NCBI GenBank assembly: GCA_047967505.1
Contig: CM106538.1
Direction: 5' to 3' (one strand)
DNA from: Dipteris shenzhenensis
Lineage: Eukaryota
DNA: 64,000 nt
Shown: positions 38,579 through 52,989 of the stretch, piece after piece
Layout: every line of letters starts with the position of its first letter
How positions within the stretch are numbered: position 1 is the stretch's first letter
Position numbers and translations under genes: made by a program
Notes under the pieces: generated by a model
What the model was told of the DNA's origin: nothing
What the model saw: only the letters and a program-made list of their open reading frames with translations
Databases searched by the model: none

Positions 38579-40899
38579 TGAGTATTAAACATATAGAGTA
38601 GGGGGTAACGAGGCTATTGTTTATACATTTGGTGCAATCCACTCTACGCTTGCTGAAATTTACCAGAGAACATCCCATTTACCACAGAAAAGTGATCTAC
38701 AAACAGCCTTGCACACCAATGAAGGGGCCAGTTATGTCAGAATACGTAGGTGCTATGCATCATTGGTGTTAATGCTGTGTGACCCTGTCATGGCATTCTC
38801 ATCGTTAGCATTGGCAGCTTTTATTTTGTGTGAGTTTTGCATGTTCCTGTATGCAAATATCTCCATGGTAGCAGACGTAGTTTTCTGATTGTGAGATCTT
38901 TGGCCAAGTTATCGCAAGTTTATATGATTGTAGTAGTATGCGTAGTAATTTGTGTGTATGCCCTACTACTCTGCACATAGCTCTTAGTTTGGCAGAGACC
39001 AATACAAAATAATCTTTTCTTCACAAGCAAAATAGCCTGGAACGGTGCTGTAGTTTTTATAATGTTTCAGTCTGCTCATCTGCAACTCGGTATGGAGACT
39101 TTTGTTTGAATGTATCTCGTTAAGTCTCTTTGTTTGCCATGATGTATATCCACCTGTCGCTGCATGGTTTGCAACTATGTGTGACTGTCTGAAGTTTCTT
39201 AAACATATTTTTGATTTTTGATTTTAGTGACGAGTTCTAGCATTTTACTTGATTCATTGAAATGGTAGATCCATCCTTATGGAAATTTAAATTCTTGTGC
39301 ATGGGTGCTCTATCAATGTATGAAGAAGTATGTGTATTGCAACAGGGAAGTTTACATTTGTCTTGTTTGACCTTGTCAACAGTGCCTGACCAAATGGCTA
39401 GCTCAATTGCCTGCCATTTCTTTTGATTTTGTTTATTTATAGTGCAGCAGACAACGCTTTCACTATCATCTGTCTTTTGGCTTCTTTTCCTTTCTTCTTT
39501 TTGGGGTAGGGGGGAAGAGTATTGAGGAGAACATCATATGTGTGGCATGGGTAGTGTACGTAATTGTAGTGCACAATAATCATAGTTTTGTTTGTCTCTT
39601 ACAACCCCCTGTTTCCCTGGTCTCTTTTTCTCTTTCGATTGTTCTTTTGCTTGTTTTACAAAAACTCTATTTTGTAAGATTGGATTTACGAAGGTATATA
39701 TAAATTGTAGTGCACAATAATCGAGTAAATCTTTTGAAACACATATGGTTGCTTATGCTTTGGTACTGATAACAACAAGTTTTTTAATTTTCTCTTTTCT
39801 CTTTTACTCTTAGTTTTGTTTTATGTTTCTTACAAGCTCCCTTCTGCCCTGTTCTCTTTTTCTCATTTTACTAAAAAATCAATTTGTAAAATTGGATATG
39901 TTCTAGTCTTATGAAGGTATATAAATTTGCAACGAGAGCAAATGATCCTGAATAGTGTTACTTATAAGTATGATCATAGTTGTGCAAAATCCCTCAACAA
40001 AAGAAATTCTTTACAAATGTAAGAACATGGAGTTGTAACTTAGTAGGCTGTTTTAGATACTCTCTGCTTTCTGCAGCAAAGGGCTTTGGTCAATTATCAC
40101 ATGGATTATCTGCTAAAATAATCTGAAGCTTTGTGTCCGAGTCTGGACCTGCTATACTGCCAACATTGTGATTCTGGTGCATGACTGCCCTGAAATCCGG
40201 AGATATCTATGATGCTTTTTGCAAAGCATTTGCAAACAGGTTTATCACGTGGATTGACCAGAACAGATGGCCTGGTTGAAGACTTTGCTGAGATGAGGAT
40301 TACAATCAACTGAGGAAGGATGTTTTCCGGCATGTCCATCACGATATGCTTGATTTATCACTGATTTCTCCTATGACGTTTGAGCAAAGGATAGCTGCTG
40401 GTTTTAGTGTCTTCCTGAGCTTCTCCAGCCCTTAAGAAAGCCAGTAAGACAAGTGCATCTCCCAGCTTGGAATTTGGGTCTGACACAAATGGACAAAACT
40501 GCGGCTGATGAAGCTGAGTTCTGGTCCTAGTCTTATGCTGATCACAGAAGAGGAGAGTGTCTCACAGAGTGCACTGCAGGACTCGGGGTTTTTGAGCTTA
40601 GTCACAAATGAGAAGCATCATGCGTTTCAAGACCTCAGTTTCGAGGCTTAAATATGGAGTGTCTCCTAGGACTACAAATGAGCATTTGTTACTGTTTGGA
40701 AGCAATTGGATAAGAGGTTTTCTATTTGAATCTTCAAAATACAAACGTGAATTTTACTGTTCGTTACACGTGTATTTTCTTAACCGTTACTCCTCTCTGA
40801 GAGTCTCGTCAACCTCTGAAAAATTGCGATTTGAGGATCCGCAGATAAATATAATAATTCCCGCATATAAATATAATAATTCTCTTAATTTGTGTGAAG

Positions 40900-42420
40900 A
40901 GTGTATACTAGTAGTCGAATTTTTGGCCTTATGCCATCGGCTACAACTTGAACATTGCTCAGAGCTACAGATTCAGTGCAGGGGTGACATCTACTGTCTT
41001 GAATCTTATGTGAGTAAATTGAGAGATCATAGAAAGAGTGAGAAGGCAAAAGAAAAATCCATGCCAGTTTGGAGAGTGATGCAGAGTTTGAAAAAGAAGC
41101 ATCAAAGGTAATGGGAGCACTTGAGAGGAGAGAAATAAAGAAATTGTGTTAAGAGCTGCCCAAAGAAGGCGAGTACTTTGAAAAGTTGGTCGGAGAGTGT
41201 GAAAGGAATGATGACCCTTGGAGGAGCGTCCATGCAAGACTCTGTCATAGAGCATGAAAATTTGCGAAGCATGAGACACTGAATCCGTTTATGCCTAAAA
41301 TGTAAAGGCACTGAGGCAGTTCCAATTTTGCAGGACGGGCATGGTGGAAATACCATGGCCTGTCATAGAAGTACACTGAAGGCAAAGCATGTAGTGCCAA
41401 AGATAAGACCTGATAGAGAAGCAGCTATTTGAACTGCAACAAAGCGTACAAAGATTTGTGATAACGTCCATCAAGGTCAAGAAAGAAGGGAAGACTAGAA
41501 ATGGAGCGGTGAAATTGTGGCAATGGATTTCTACCATCAAATAGTATTGTAGGAGGCTTCTATCTTTGACATGAAGGATGCTATGTGGACATGAAGTACT
41601 TTGTTACAAACTGAAGAAGCTTGAGAAGTGATTTACAAGGAAGATTCGGGGTGTTTTGACATTGAGACTAAGCCACGGAGCTCTAGGGTTGCAGAGATAA
41701 TGCTGTGGAGTGGTGCTGCCACCAAAAGGCTGAGCTGCTTTAGTTCAAGTGAACCCATTAAACATGCCATGGAAGGTGTCTTTATTAGAAAGCAAAACAT
41801 TATTAGAAAGCAAAACATTATTAGAAAGCAAAACAGAAAACTGGAACGTTGTAAGAAAGCTGTAACAGAATGTATTGCATTGAATGGCGCCTCTCATATA
41901 TACTCGAGTGATAAAACATATGTGCACTAGAGGGGGTGTAGGAGAGGGGTGTATCCCTTGTGAAGGTCAGAGATCCCTCTATGAGGGGGTAGGGTTTTTA
42001 CATAAAGGGTGGAAAGTGTGTTCATTGTAGATGAATCGATCGTACAACTATAGAGAATCAAATGCTATTGCATGCCCTCAAGGTGGATTGCATGCCCTCA
42101 AGGTGGATTGCTCTTTATTGGAAAATGAAATATGTAATTATGGTGTCAAAAGTTTGGGCTAGTATTTGTTCAGGCACAGAGAGAGATTTGGAAGAGTGAA
42201 AAATAGGGTGGATCTTTACCATTATGGAGGTTAATCTAAGTTGTAATTTAAGTGTGAATACTTCTTTATTGTAATTCAAAAAGGTTCGTCGTAACTCACA
42301 GTCTTGTTTTATTGAGGGCCCTATTGAGGAGGTACAAGCATATTGCCTTCGGTTGAACTCCTATCACCCTTTATGTTTGTTAATTGTGCTTCAATATGAA
42401 TAGAACCATGTCACCCTTTT
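40900..42420 (+). mobile_element. Very decayed copia-like relic with PPT and 3' LTR from about 41937
   Basis: gcactagagggggTGTAG resembles the copia PPT/LTR junction at 4711-4730, and faint RNase H remnants lie upstream. It contains an 18-bp x3 repeat (about 41783-41833) and a 20-bp x2 repeat (about 42070-42110). Confidence 0.45.
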
Positions 42421-42450
42421 AATTTGTTAGTTTAGCTTATATATATATAT

Positions 42451-42494
<44 letters not shown>

Positions 42495-42754
42495 ACGTCT
42501 ATAGAAGACCTCATGGGTCTATTAGACAAAGTACAAACAACCAAAAAGTGACATCATCTAGATAACCAGAGAATTGAAAGAGTGTACAAAGCCATCTCCT
42601 ATCGAGATGATATAGGGCATAATTGCATTCTAATACCATCATAAGGAGGCCTTGATAACATCAGTTTAAGATTGAGGGTCTCTGGGTTTGGATTTGAAGT
42701 CAATCAATGCTTGTCCATGTGTCCATTTTCTTGCTTTGCATGCTTCCTTGACTT

Positions 42755-42785
<31 letters not shown>

Positions 42786-43139
42786 GCCTTGCGTTCCCCC
42801 CCTCCCCACCAACCCACCTACCGTGCAGTTTCTTGTGTGATCCCAAACTCCAAGAAGGAGGTGTTGCAGCTCTCATTGTCACATATAAACGTGTTTCAAA
42901 GGACTTGAAGCCCCCCTCGGCTTCCCTTGCAATTTGGTTGTACATTCCCAAGCTTGAAGAAGGTTGTCTTGCAACTCTCTCATGGTTACATAAAAACGCA
43001 TTTTAGGGGCCTGAAACCTTGAAACGTTTCAAGGTTTCAATGATTTGTTTCAAGCTTAGGTGTTTCTTCAGTCTAGAGGCTCTAGGTTCTCAGCTTAGTT
43101 CATAGTTGTTTTTTATCTCTGCTTTCTAGTTTGCAGTTG

Positions 43140-44207
43140 AAAGTCAACTAGGTTTTTTTTGCAGTTCTACAAAGTCCAAAGTTCTCAAAGTCCCCATCCC
43201 TACCTCGGGGAGGGTTGAAGCCTTGGCCCAATGTGGGGGTTAGTCACAACATTGGGATATTCAGATTTACGTAGGCCAATATGGAGCTTCTCAAGATGAA
43301 GTCGTTTGCTACTTCAACTCCAGTAAGCAAGCCCCCATATTTTGGCATTGCAACATTATTGACACTCACTCCCTCTGCAAAAACTTGTTTGGGACAGACG
43401 ATCATCTCAAACCCACATGAGAAAATCTATTACTTTAGAGAGCTCACACGTCAGCTTGCCCTTGGGAGGGAAGTGCAGGATTTGAAGAAAAATGGAAAGC
43501 ATGAAATTATTGTAGAGGCCATACACAAATGTAATGCATCTCCATGGACACCATTACTTGTCTCCACAATCAAGGATATGATCACCAATCAAGTGAGCTT
43601 CATCAAGCAAGAAATCTAGCAACAAAGTCAATAGAGCAAATCTTGATATGGAGGTAAAAGAGCAGGAAACCGGAGCACAAAAATAGAACGATCTTACGCA
43701 TTGGGGATTGAAAGATGATTGCCTTCATGATGATGATGAGGAAGATAGAGGTGGCAAAATCATATATTTTAAGAAGGAAGTACCACAAGTTCAATGGGAC
43801 CAAAATGACATGCAATATTAGTCAAAAAGGCACACAAGCATAAATCTACTTCAGAGGGAGGGTAGCAAGAGTTAAGATCCTTAGACAAACACATCAATTG
43901 AAGGGTCAAAAGATTTGGATATCTGAGGAGCTCACTCCGATCCAGCTCAAACAAAGCAACAATGAACTCACCAAAGTAAAGGAAGCACGCAAACCGGGTA
44001 GATGGGCGGTCTATCAAGATGGGTGAGCATTGATTAGGGGCTTAAAATCCAAACCCAAAATGTTACAAATGCCACTCTATGATAGTTAGAATGTAGGTAC
44101 GTCCGAGAGGAGTTGACTCCCTCGATTCTCTAGTTCTCTAGATGGAGGAAGTCACTCTTTGGTTTTTGTACTTTGTCTCATAGACCCCTGAGGAATTTCG
44201 CAGACAT

Positions 44208-44249
<42 letters not shown>

Positions 44250-45534
44250 TCAGGTTGTCTCAGACCTCCCTTCAACAAGCCCTGCCTCTCAACAAGTAGC
44301 AGTTGCGTCGCCTCAGACTCTCGAGCTGCTTCCAGTTTGCCTTAGATGCCTTCAACCTCATCTTGTTTGCAACAGACTAGGTTCAACAACATCTCAAAAC
44401 TTGGGAGGGGGTCACACGCTCACAATTCATTTCATCCCGTGCTAGTTTTGCCAACAACAAGGAGTAGGTTGAGCTCAATAGCTAGGTCTTTATCTCTCAT
44501 TTGTAGTTCCACTTCAATTTAGGACCTACGTTCAGTAAGCCACCCCAAGTTAGACTGAACCCTCCTTGGCCCAACTTTGGGGTTAGCTCTAGCATAGGAG
44601 CAATCAGTTTTATGCAGGCCCCTATAAAGAAGATCTTTGCCACTTTGACTGTAGCTCATACTCAGCTATTGCAACCCTATTGACAACCATGCCCTATGCA
44701 AAGACATACAGACATGGGATCATCTCAGACCCACAGGAGCAAGAAATTAGAGAGCTTAATTCCAACTTCTTGTAGTCCTTGGGAGGAAAGTGCTTGCAAG
44801 ATATGGAGAGTAATAGAAAGCATGAATTATTATAAAGGCCATACACAGATGTAATGCATCTCCAATAGCACCGACACTTGTCTCCATGGTTAAGGATATG
44901 ATTACCAATCAAGTGAGCTCAATGAAGTAAGAAATGGTTGCAGATGCCAACAAGTTACAAAGTGATAAGAGTGCATCTCTAAAGAGCAAGAAACCATAGC
45001 ACACAATACGACGATGTTGCTCATTGGGGAGCTGGAAGATAAATGGCTTCATGATGATGATGAGAAGAAAGACATAGACAACATAATCATATGTTTAAAG
45101 AAGGAAGTACCACAAGTTGAATGGGAGGAACATGATATTTGCAATATCAATCAAAATGGCACACAAGCACAAGTCTACTTTAGAAGGAGGGTAGTAAGAG
45201 TTAAAATCCTTAGAAAAACACATAAGTTACAAAGATTTGTATATGGGAGCTCACTCTAATCCAGCTCAAACAAAGAAACATGGAACTCACCAAAGTAAAC
45301 GAAGCACACAAAGGCAGGCAAATGAGCGGTTTACCGAGATGGGCAAGCATTAATGAGGGACTTAAACTCCAATTGAAATCCAAACCCAAAGACTCTTAGT
45401 CTTAAATTGATGTTACAAAAGCCACCTTATGATTCTAGTACTAGAATGTAGCTATGCCCTATAATAACTTGGGAGGAGCCGAGCCTTGTGCACTCCCCCG
45501 ATTCTCTAGCTATTTAGATGTAGTAAGCCACTTT

Positions 45535-45540
<6 letters not shown>
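43140..45540 (+). repeat. Two tandem diverged copies (about 43140-44200 and 44500-45540) of a LINE-ORF1-like element, each followed by (CT)n
   Basis: Shared blocks such as ggccatacaca.atgtaatgcatctcca, aagaaggaagtaccacaagtt, gagctcactc..atccagctcaaacaaag and aaatccaaacccaaa. Peptide KIWISEELTPIQLKQ...KVKEARKPGRWAVY. Confidence 0.75.
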
Positions 45541-45590
<50 letters not shown>

Positions 45591-46419
45591 TCTCTCTCAT
45601 TGTATTCTTCATCCTTATCTCTTCAGTTTCATTTCTCTTCCAGTGCCTTGCTTTCTCTCATTCTTACAAATGAAAAAGCGTCGTTGCGAATTATTATTCC
45701 CGATTGAAACTTTTCCCAATTTGTGACAAGTTTTAGTATAAGGGCGAGTTCGTTAAGGCCATCAGTCTGAGACTTGCCCTTTCTTACCAAACATAATTCA
45801 TGGAAGACCATTGACGCAGCATAAGACAAGTCAAAACCTCATCTAAATTTCTCTCCACATATGCATGCATGCTCGTGCTCATGTGCACACATGTGCACAT
45901 GAAAAATATTACCTAGTAGTAATTTCATGGGGAGATGTTTCATATCAAAATATATATGAAACTTTAAGAGCATCTTTGTGAAAAGTTTCATTTGGCTTTT
46001 TTATCAACAAGGTTCACTTTGTGTTGATTACAAAGTTTGTTGCTTATGGCCTTTAATGACATTCTTCAAGCATAGCCTTGTTATGAGGAATGGATATTGG
46101 AGTTATCAATAGAGGAGATCATATGTTAAGGAGTAATACATTTTAATCATGATAGAGAGGGTGTTGAAACATGCACTGTGAACATGTTAATTGAACACAC
46201 CACTCACCCACTCTATATAGATTGTCAAGAGGGAGGGAAGGGACACTAGCCTATCTGCTTTACAAATGTACAATATTCCTTACTAATAAAAAGAACAAGA
46301 TACAAATGTGCAATATTCCTTACTAATAAAAAGAACAAGATATAATATGTATTAATCCCTTGTGTGGGTTGCCCTAAGTCCATGAGAACTTTCACAGTGT
46401 GACTTAGGGCCCTTCTAGA

Positions 46420-48116
46420 ATTCTTCACATTCCTAACCATCTACCCCATGTACACAATAAACAAAATATCACTGTAGCACTACCTTGGTATGCACCAAGA
46501 TCATCCAAGAGTTCCTTATGCCAAACTGCTTCACATGCACACTGGGGGCCACCTTCCTAATCTACATCACAAAAGCTACAAGTTGTAGTTTTGCATATGG
46601 GCTCTCTTTTTTCAATATGCTAATTTATGGTTGGTTGTCCCACTAGTATTTGGAAATTACTTCACTCCATTCCAATGCTTGACACAAGACTTTTCCATAA
46701 ACTAGCTCAAAAGTCCTATTACACAGGAAATATCAAGCCATGTCAATGTCATAAATAGATGAGCTTTCTAACTACTTGTTAGTATAATGTAGGATTGAAA
46801 ATAGAACACTTGCTAACTTTTGCATGTTATGCCTGGTCTCGATAGTTTTCCTCAAGTTGTGGCATCCAACATTTTGAATTGCTCCAAAATAGAGTCAATG
46901 TACCCTTATTTGGCTACAAACAATGCCTTTCTCCATGTACTCAGTCTCGACAAAGTGTTATGCAAGAATCATAAATCATGCATTTCAAACAGGTTGCAGA
47001 GATTGACTTTGACCTCTTAGAATGTAATCCAATTATCCTAAATCATGCATTTCAAACTATTTTGACTTTGACTTCCTTATTTACTGTGTTACTTCTACTT
47101 GCTATGATGGGGGATGCTCCCCCATTCTGTTGACTCTTCCTACTCATACTAGGTAGCATGTCATTGAATATTCCACATTTTGTGTATGTTTACAATTTTT
47201 GTTTGTGACATTGTCAAACCCTATTTATTTGCTCTTCCATTGGATTCTTCATACTATGATGGCAAAGTAGCTTGCTTACTCTCTCATCAAACAGGCCATC
47301 ATATGAAGCAAACATTTTGCGAGTTTAGGATTGTATAGCTTATAAGCTTTATGTTTCTCTACATAACCAAGATAATGCAATTCTTACACTTGGAAGGAAA
47401 ATTGCCTCTCTTTTCTTGTGACACATGGGCATAGGCAATTGATCCAAAGATCTTATGATTCTCGACACGTCCACTCCAAGCTTCCTTCGGTGTCATGTCA
47501 TGTAAAGCATAAGGGATCAATTCAACTAAATCGTTGTGCAACTTGCTTTTGCCTAGTATTTGTCAAGCATGTCCTTTCTTTCTTTCCACTACATTTTGCA
47601 ATTGTGCCTTAGGCAAGGGTAACTTTGCATATTCCCATTGCTTACAAATCATTGCAAATGATTTGGAGACTCATTCTCCCCCATTGTCAATTGGACTAAG
47701 TTTTTGCCATAGTCTTGAACTCTCTAGATCTTTCAAGAAGTTCAGACCTTTGGTTCATGAAGTAGACAAATAAATTTTTGGTGTAGTCATCAATACATGT
47801 GACAACGTATTTGCTAGCACCGATTAATGCGATATTGGTCATATACCTTGCAAATGTCATTGTGCATCAATTCCATTGGTTTCTTGACTCTAGTGGCATG
47901 ATTTTGGGAAGATACTCTTTATGATATTTCCACAAAGGCATGCTTAACACAAGCCTCCCTGTTTGACAGGGCGAAGTCAATGTTCTTACGTTTAAGCAAT
48001 TTCATTTATATAAAATGAAGATGTCCACATCTCTTGTGATATAGAGGCGAGTTTGTATGTGCAAGCATGCCTCTTTGTCTCTGTCCAAGGGATGTGATTT
48101 CCAACTTGTTAAAAAC

Positions 48117-48150
<34 letters not shown>

Positions 48151-50010
48151 CTCAATCCTTGTCCAATGGTTTCTTATTGAATAAATAAAATCACCTTCTT
48201 GTCATCGAAAAGAACTCGATCTTTTGATTTATACATTGTAAAGCTGATAGTAGATTGATGGCAAGTACTGGCACATAAAGCAAATCATAAATATACATTG
48301 TATGTCATAATCCCTTTGCTTGGAAATGGATGATTATCTCCAAGATGGACACCTAAAGCTCCCTTGATTGGATCGTGTCTAGAATCGTGTCTAGAACCAA
48401 TCATGACAAAAACATGTGTTATGATACACTTGAGTCCACAGTCCAACATGTCCTTTGATGCAATCAAAGCTGAGCATAGCTTGATGTCCTTGAGATGTCC
48501 AAGATATTAACATGGCCAATCTAGCATTATTGTCCCTCTTTCAATTTCACAACACATCTTATGTTAGATTTCACTTCTTTCGAACCCTTCTGAAGCATAC
48601 TCTACTTCCACTACATGTGCCTTGAATTGTTTTTGTTAGTTGTTGCCTTGCCCCACCTAAGGTTTATTGGTGCAATAATGGCAATGTGGCCTAGTTTGAA
48701 ACAATTATAATCCTTCATTTTGTTCTTTATAGGTGATTTTTGTGTGACATTTGATTGCTATCGTTCTTTTTTTGATTGTTCTTATTCTATCCATGCTTGG
48801 ATCAAGAACTTCCTCTATGTTGTGCATTCTTGTGAGGCTCCATGGTTGAACTACATATGATGTATCTCTGGCATGAATGCACCCTTAGGATGGTCTTCCC
48901 CTAATCCTTTTTTTTGATCATGCTCTTTGATCAATAGGCTTATCAATTCAACAAACTTGGTAGCCTTTCTCTGCAATCACTACTACCTTGAGGCTCTCAA
49001 AAGATGGGGAAAGGCATTGGAGTATCTGTACAAACTTTGAGCCTTCTATTTTAAAGAATTCCTTAGTTGGTTTTCCCTTGAGGACCTTCATCTTGTTTAG
49101 ATGGTCCATCAGTGCATCACCATCTCTCATCTTAGATTTGGCAATTATGTCTTAAGATGGCATGTGACCAATATCTTATGCTCATAGATGGGCATTAGCA
49201 TGGTCCATATATCAAATGATTTTGTCACTTGGGCAAGTGCTATACTTTTGAGACATGAAATAAAGATGTCAGTAGCTTTGGCATTCAACTCATCATAGGC
49301 ATCCTTCTTTGCTTGTGTGGCAATGTATCTTGGAGTAAGCCTAGCATCCATGGCTTTTGCTCCATGAATAGACTATTTATATGGCATTTCTAGATATGGA
49401 AGTTATTCCCAAAAATTATTAGAGTGTCCACCAACACAAGAAACTCTATGACTGGTGTCATCTTGATGATGAATAAAGCACCTAGATTTCACCAATATAC
49501 TTTGTGCACAATTGATAGTCGGCCTACTAGTGCCACTATACACCAAGTTGGTCAAAAGTGCTAATTTAAAAGAGAATCTTAAGGGCAGATGTGCTCTCTG
49601 ATTTGGTTTAGACAGATCCTAATTTTGATCTATGAACAAAAAGTTATGCAATTTTAAAAAATGATGCCTTCTTATGTCAAATGTGGAGAAGAAGAGTGCA
49701 ATACGCTATTTTGGCCTTTAAAATTTTTGAGAAATTACTTAACTCCAAATTTGACGTTGGAGCACCTCTAGGGCTTTGCATGGGTGCAAATGTTGTCTCA
49801 TGATGAAGCTTTCCTTTAAAAAAATTTGCCTTTTTCTTTTTGTGTAGAGTGTTCTTCCAACTTGTATTTTAGAGACTTGAACTAATAGAGTGTTCTCCCA
49901 TGTTATATGTAAAGACTTGCCATTTTCTTTTTATGCAAAGTGTTCTAACAATTGTATTGTGGAAACTTGAACTCAGAACCTCCTCCATGAGAGGCTATCA
50001 CTCTTACCAC
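46420..50010 (-). pseudogene. Decayed Ty1/copia (leader, gag, integrase, RT/RNase H remnants)
   Basis: MRDGDALMDHLNKMK, a CCHC remnant near 48690, TPKEAWSGR...IFGSIAYAHVSQEKR...SKCKNCIIL. Confidence 0.85.
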
Positions 50011-51449
50011 TCTACCATGAGGCTATAGCTCTTGCCACCAAGATCATGTAGTGTGAAAAGGGAAAGAGGACACTTAGAATGCTATTATTGGCTTTGGTTG
50101 TGGAGGGGGGCTTTCTTTGAGTGCCCCAGTTTTAAAATTAAATTTCTTTCTTTCACACTCATTGGAATGAGCTGTTTGTCTTTGCCTTTGCCTTACTGAC
50201 TCAGGAGTCATTCCTCAATCTCCTCCTTCTCCCTCCCTCAAGGTCACTTAAACCATTTGATCAAGTGCCTTTAAAACCCCAAAAAATAGTGGGTGATTCA
50301 ACGATGCCGATGCGTTGAGAACTTTGCTAGCCGCCTATCAAATCATAGTAAAAGCTTTTCTAAACGCCAACATTTCAAAGTGGCCCATCACCTCGAGGTA
50401 AAGTTAAATTTTTTTAATCATTCTCAACTCATCAACTTTGATGGATGATAGAGTCCATGAGTCAACACTACCTACTCCTGCAAACTCTCATCACAAGTCT
50501 CGTGCTCCTCTTCATTGATGCCTTTATTTTTCTTGTCGCCTCTTCCTTTGCCTCAGCAAGCTTACCAACCTTCTTCAGTTGCCTTCTCCTCCACATGTTG
50601 TAGTTGGCATTCAAGCTTTTTGCTCATGGGTTGACTTAGATGGGATCTGAGCTGTCCAATCAATCGACCTTGTGTAGAAAGTTCATAAAAAAAACTCGCA
50701 CAAAAAGAGCCATGTGGTGGCACCACACCACCTCCCCATTTCCCTTGATGACCGAGAAGGCCATGTGTCAACCTTTTCAATCAAAATCAACTACATTTTG
50801 GCTCTCGACTGATCGTAGAATGTGGTTGGTTCCTCTTGGGAAAGGCCCGATGCCTCCCATGGCCTTCTCTTACGTCTTCAAATCTTCAATGCTCTTCTAA
50901 GGACCTTCATTGTGGTTCTCCTAATAGCTGCACATTGTGTTTGCACTATGAATTGCTACAAAGCTCCTATGTGCTTCTCCGAACTGTACTTCCTTAGCTT
51001 GGCCTTCTGAACACGTTGTGCAATGCTACCGTCCTTTTGCAAGTCTCTCTACAATTACAATTGAGTTGTTCCTTCACATGTCTTAGCGAGTTGTTGCTCA
51101 TGGCCTCTCTTTTCCAAATCTAAGTCATGCTTCAACCCATGAGATTCTTCTTAACAAGCAAAGATGGATTCAGCTCAAGTTCCTGTGAAGTGTCACTCTT
51201 CTTCTTTGATCTTCAAATAGCCATTGTCAGTGTCTTGCCTTCTACAACTCCTTAGAGGTGCCATTGACACTTGAGTGTGAGCCACTTTGGAGCTCAGTCA
51301 TCGTGAGCACCTTCCTTACTTCTCTAGTTACTTCAATCGGCCAACTTTAAAGCTTCTCAGGCCAGCATTGCTTGCTTCACTAGCTTGTTGGCTTTTGCTT
51401 CAATGCTGCAAAGCTTCAAAGATTTATCTTAAAACTTCTTTGGACCTTT

Positions 51450-52980
51450 TGCATCTTCCTTTCCAAGCCTTGAGGAACAGGCACCACCCAAAATCTCAAG
51501 ATATAGCTTGTTTGAGCTATTTGGACTCGCTACACATGCCTCCAAAGCTCTTTTGTGCTTGAACCTCAATGAGGCTTTTGGTGCAAAAGCCCACCGTCGA
51601 TCACCTATCTTTTCCTCACAAATATAGCCATGGCCTTGCTTTCACCTCTTCACAGACCTCAACAAAAAAAATTCTTCAGCACAACCTCTCCCCAAGATCA
51701 CACAACCTCTAAAATCTACAAGAATTAGACACAAACAAACTGAAAAAACTTTTCACATGAAAACTTTGAAATGAAAAAGGCAAGGGGAGGGAAACACAAG
51801 ACAAAATCTAGTCCCACACATTTAAAATCACACAATTTTGAAAAGTGCCTCTCACCTTCCCCACATTGTATGGACACACAGTCTAAGAAGACTAGAAAAC
51901 CCCCAAAGTGAATTAACTTTGAGGGGTGAGTGCCACTTAGTGATTTGAAAAGATAGTGCTAACATGGAAAATGAGGTCCTCAACCTCCACCTTCACACAT
52001 TCCAAAGAATGAAAGAGGAAAGCTAACACAAGATACCATGTTGAGACATGCTTTATTCATACACCATGTTGAAGCAAGCTTGTGCACACATAGCTCACAA
52101 TGAAGAGGGAGAGAAGAGACACTAGCTTGATGGCTATACAAATGTACGATCTTTCTTCCTAAGGAAAAGGACATGATATATATAATGAATGCCATGCCAT
52201 TGGCATATTGTGCATTGAGTGAATTTGGCAATTCCATGGATGGGGTGATAGAAGCTAGATGGAGTTTGCTTAAGATACATTGCAAAAGTTTGCCAGCAAT
52301 TTCATATATTTTTCTTCCCATGCATCCATCACTGGGTATGTAGAGATGTACTTCAAAGGGGGATAATTTATGATTGTATTAGTTGCTAGTAATTCATATG
52401 TCAACATTTGAGAATTGTGAAGAATATCCAAACTTTCTTTATCATACATTAGGTATTGTGTGGATGCTTATGACGAACTTGCCATTCACATTTTGAGATT
52501 TGTCTTAAGTTGCCACAGAAAAGATGCAGTTTCTATAAGAAGCATTATAAGCAGCACCACAATTTGGAATTACCATATTATATTGTAAAACTAGCAAAGT
52601 TAAGAAAAGCCTAAACGTGTGAGAGATTGGACAATCCTTGATTACATGAGCTTTCTTTGGATCTATTGAGATGCCATCCGATTGAGATAATAACGTCTAA
52701 GTATTCCAAGGGAAGGAAAGACCAAATAATATGTATGCTTCGAGGAGTTTTGCCAATCCTTAATGGCATGAATTTTCTTTGGATCTCCATCAATTGAAAC
52801 ATTGTGTCCAAGTATTCTAATTGTGCAAAACTTAGTCTTTTCTATGGTGATCTAGAGTGCATTAGCTTGAGTGAATTGGCTTGAAGAGCCTTAGATGTTC
52901 TTTGTGATCAATCCATGTCGTGTTGAAGACCAAGGCAATATAAAAAACAATGAGATAAGCTTGAAAAAGTAGTTCTATAT
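51450..52980 (-). repeat. Repeat containing a gypsy pol relic; copy 1 (copy 2 at about 60745-62270)
   Basis: Colinear with 60745-62270. Minus strand reads KTKFCTIRILGHNVSIDGDPKKIHAIKDW (gypsy RT thumb) plus integrase remnants. Confidence 0.8.
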
Positions 52981-52989
52981 CACAAATGG

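Noticed and set aside
40608-41111. 167-aa ORF downstream of the host gene
   Set aside because: It has no motifs or splice support and straddles UTR-like and TE-relic sequence.
50200-51450. Coding-like, charge-rich minus-strand stretch
   Set aside because: It has many stops and no recognisable family motif; probably a TE relic that cannot be assigned.
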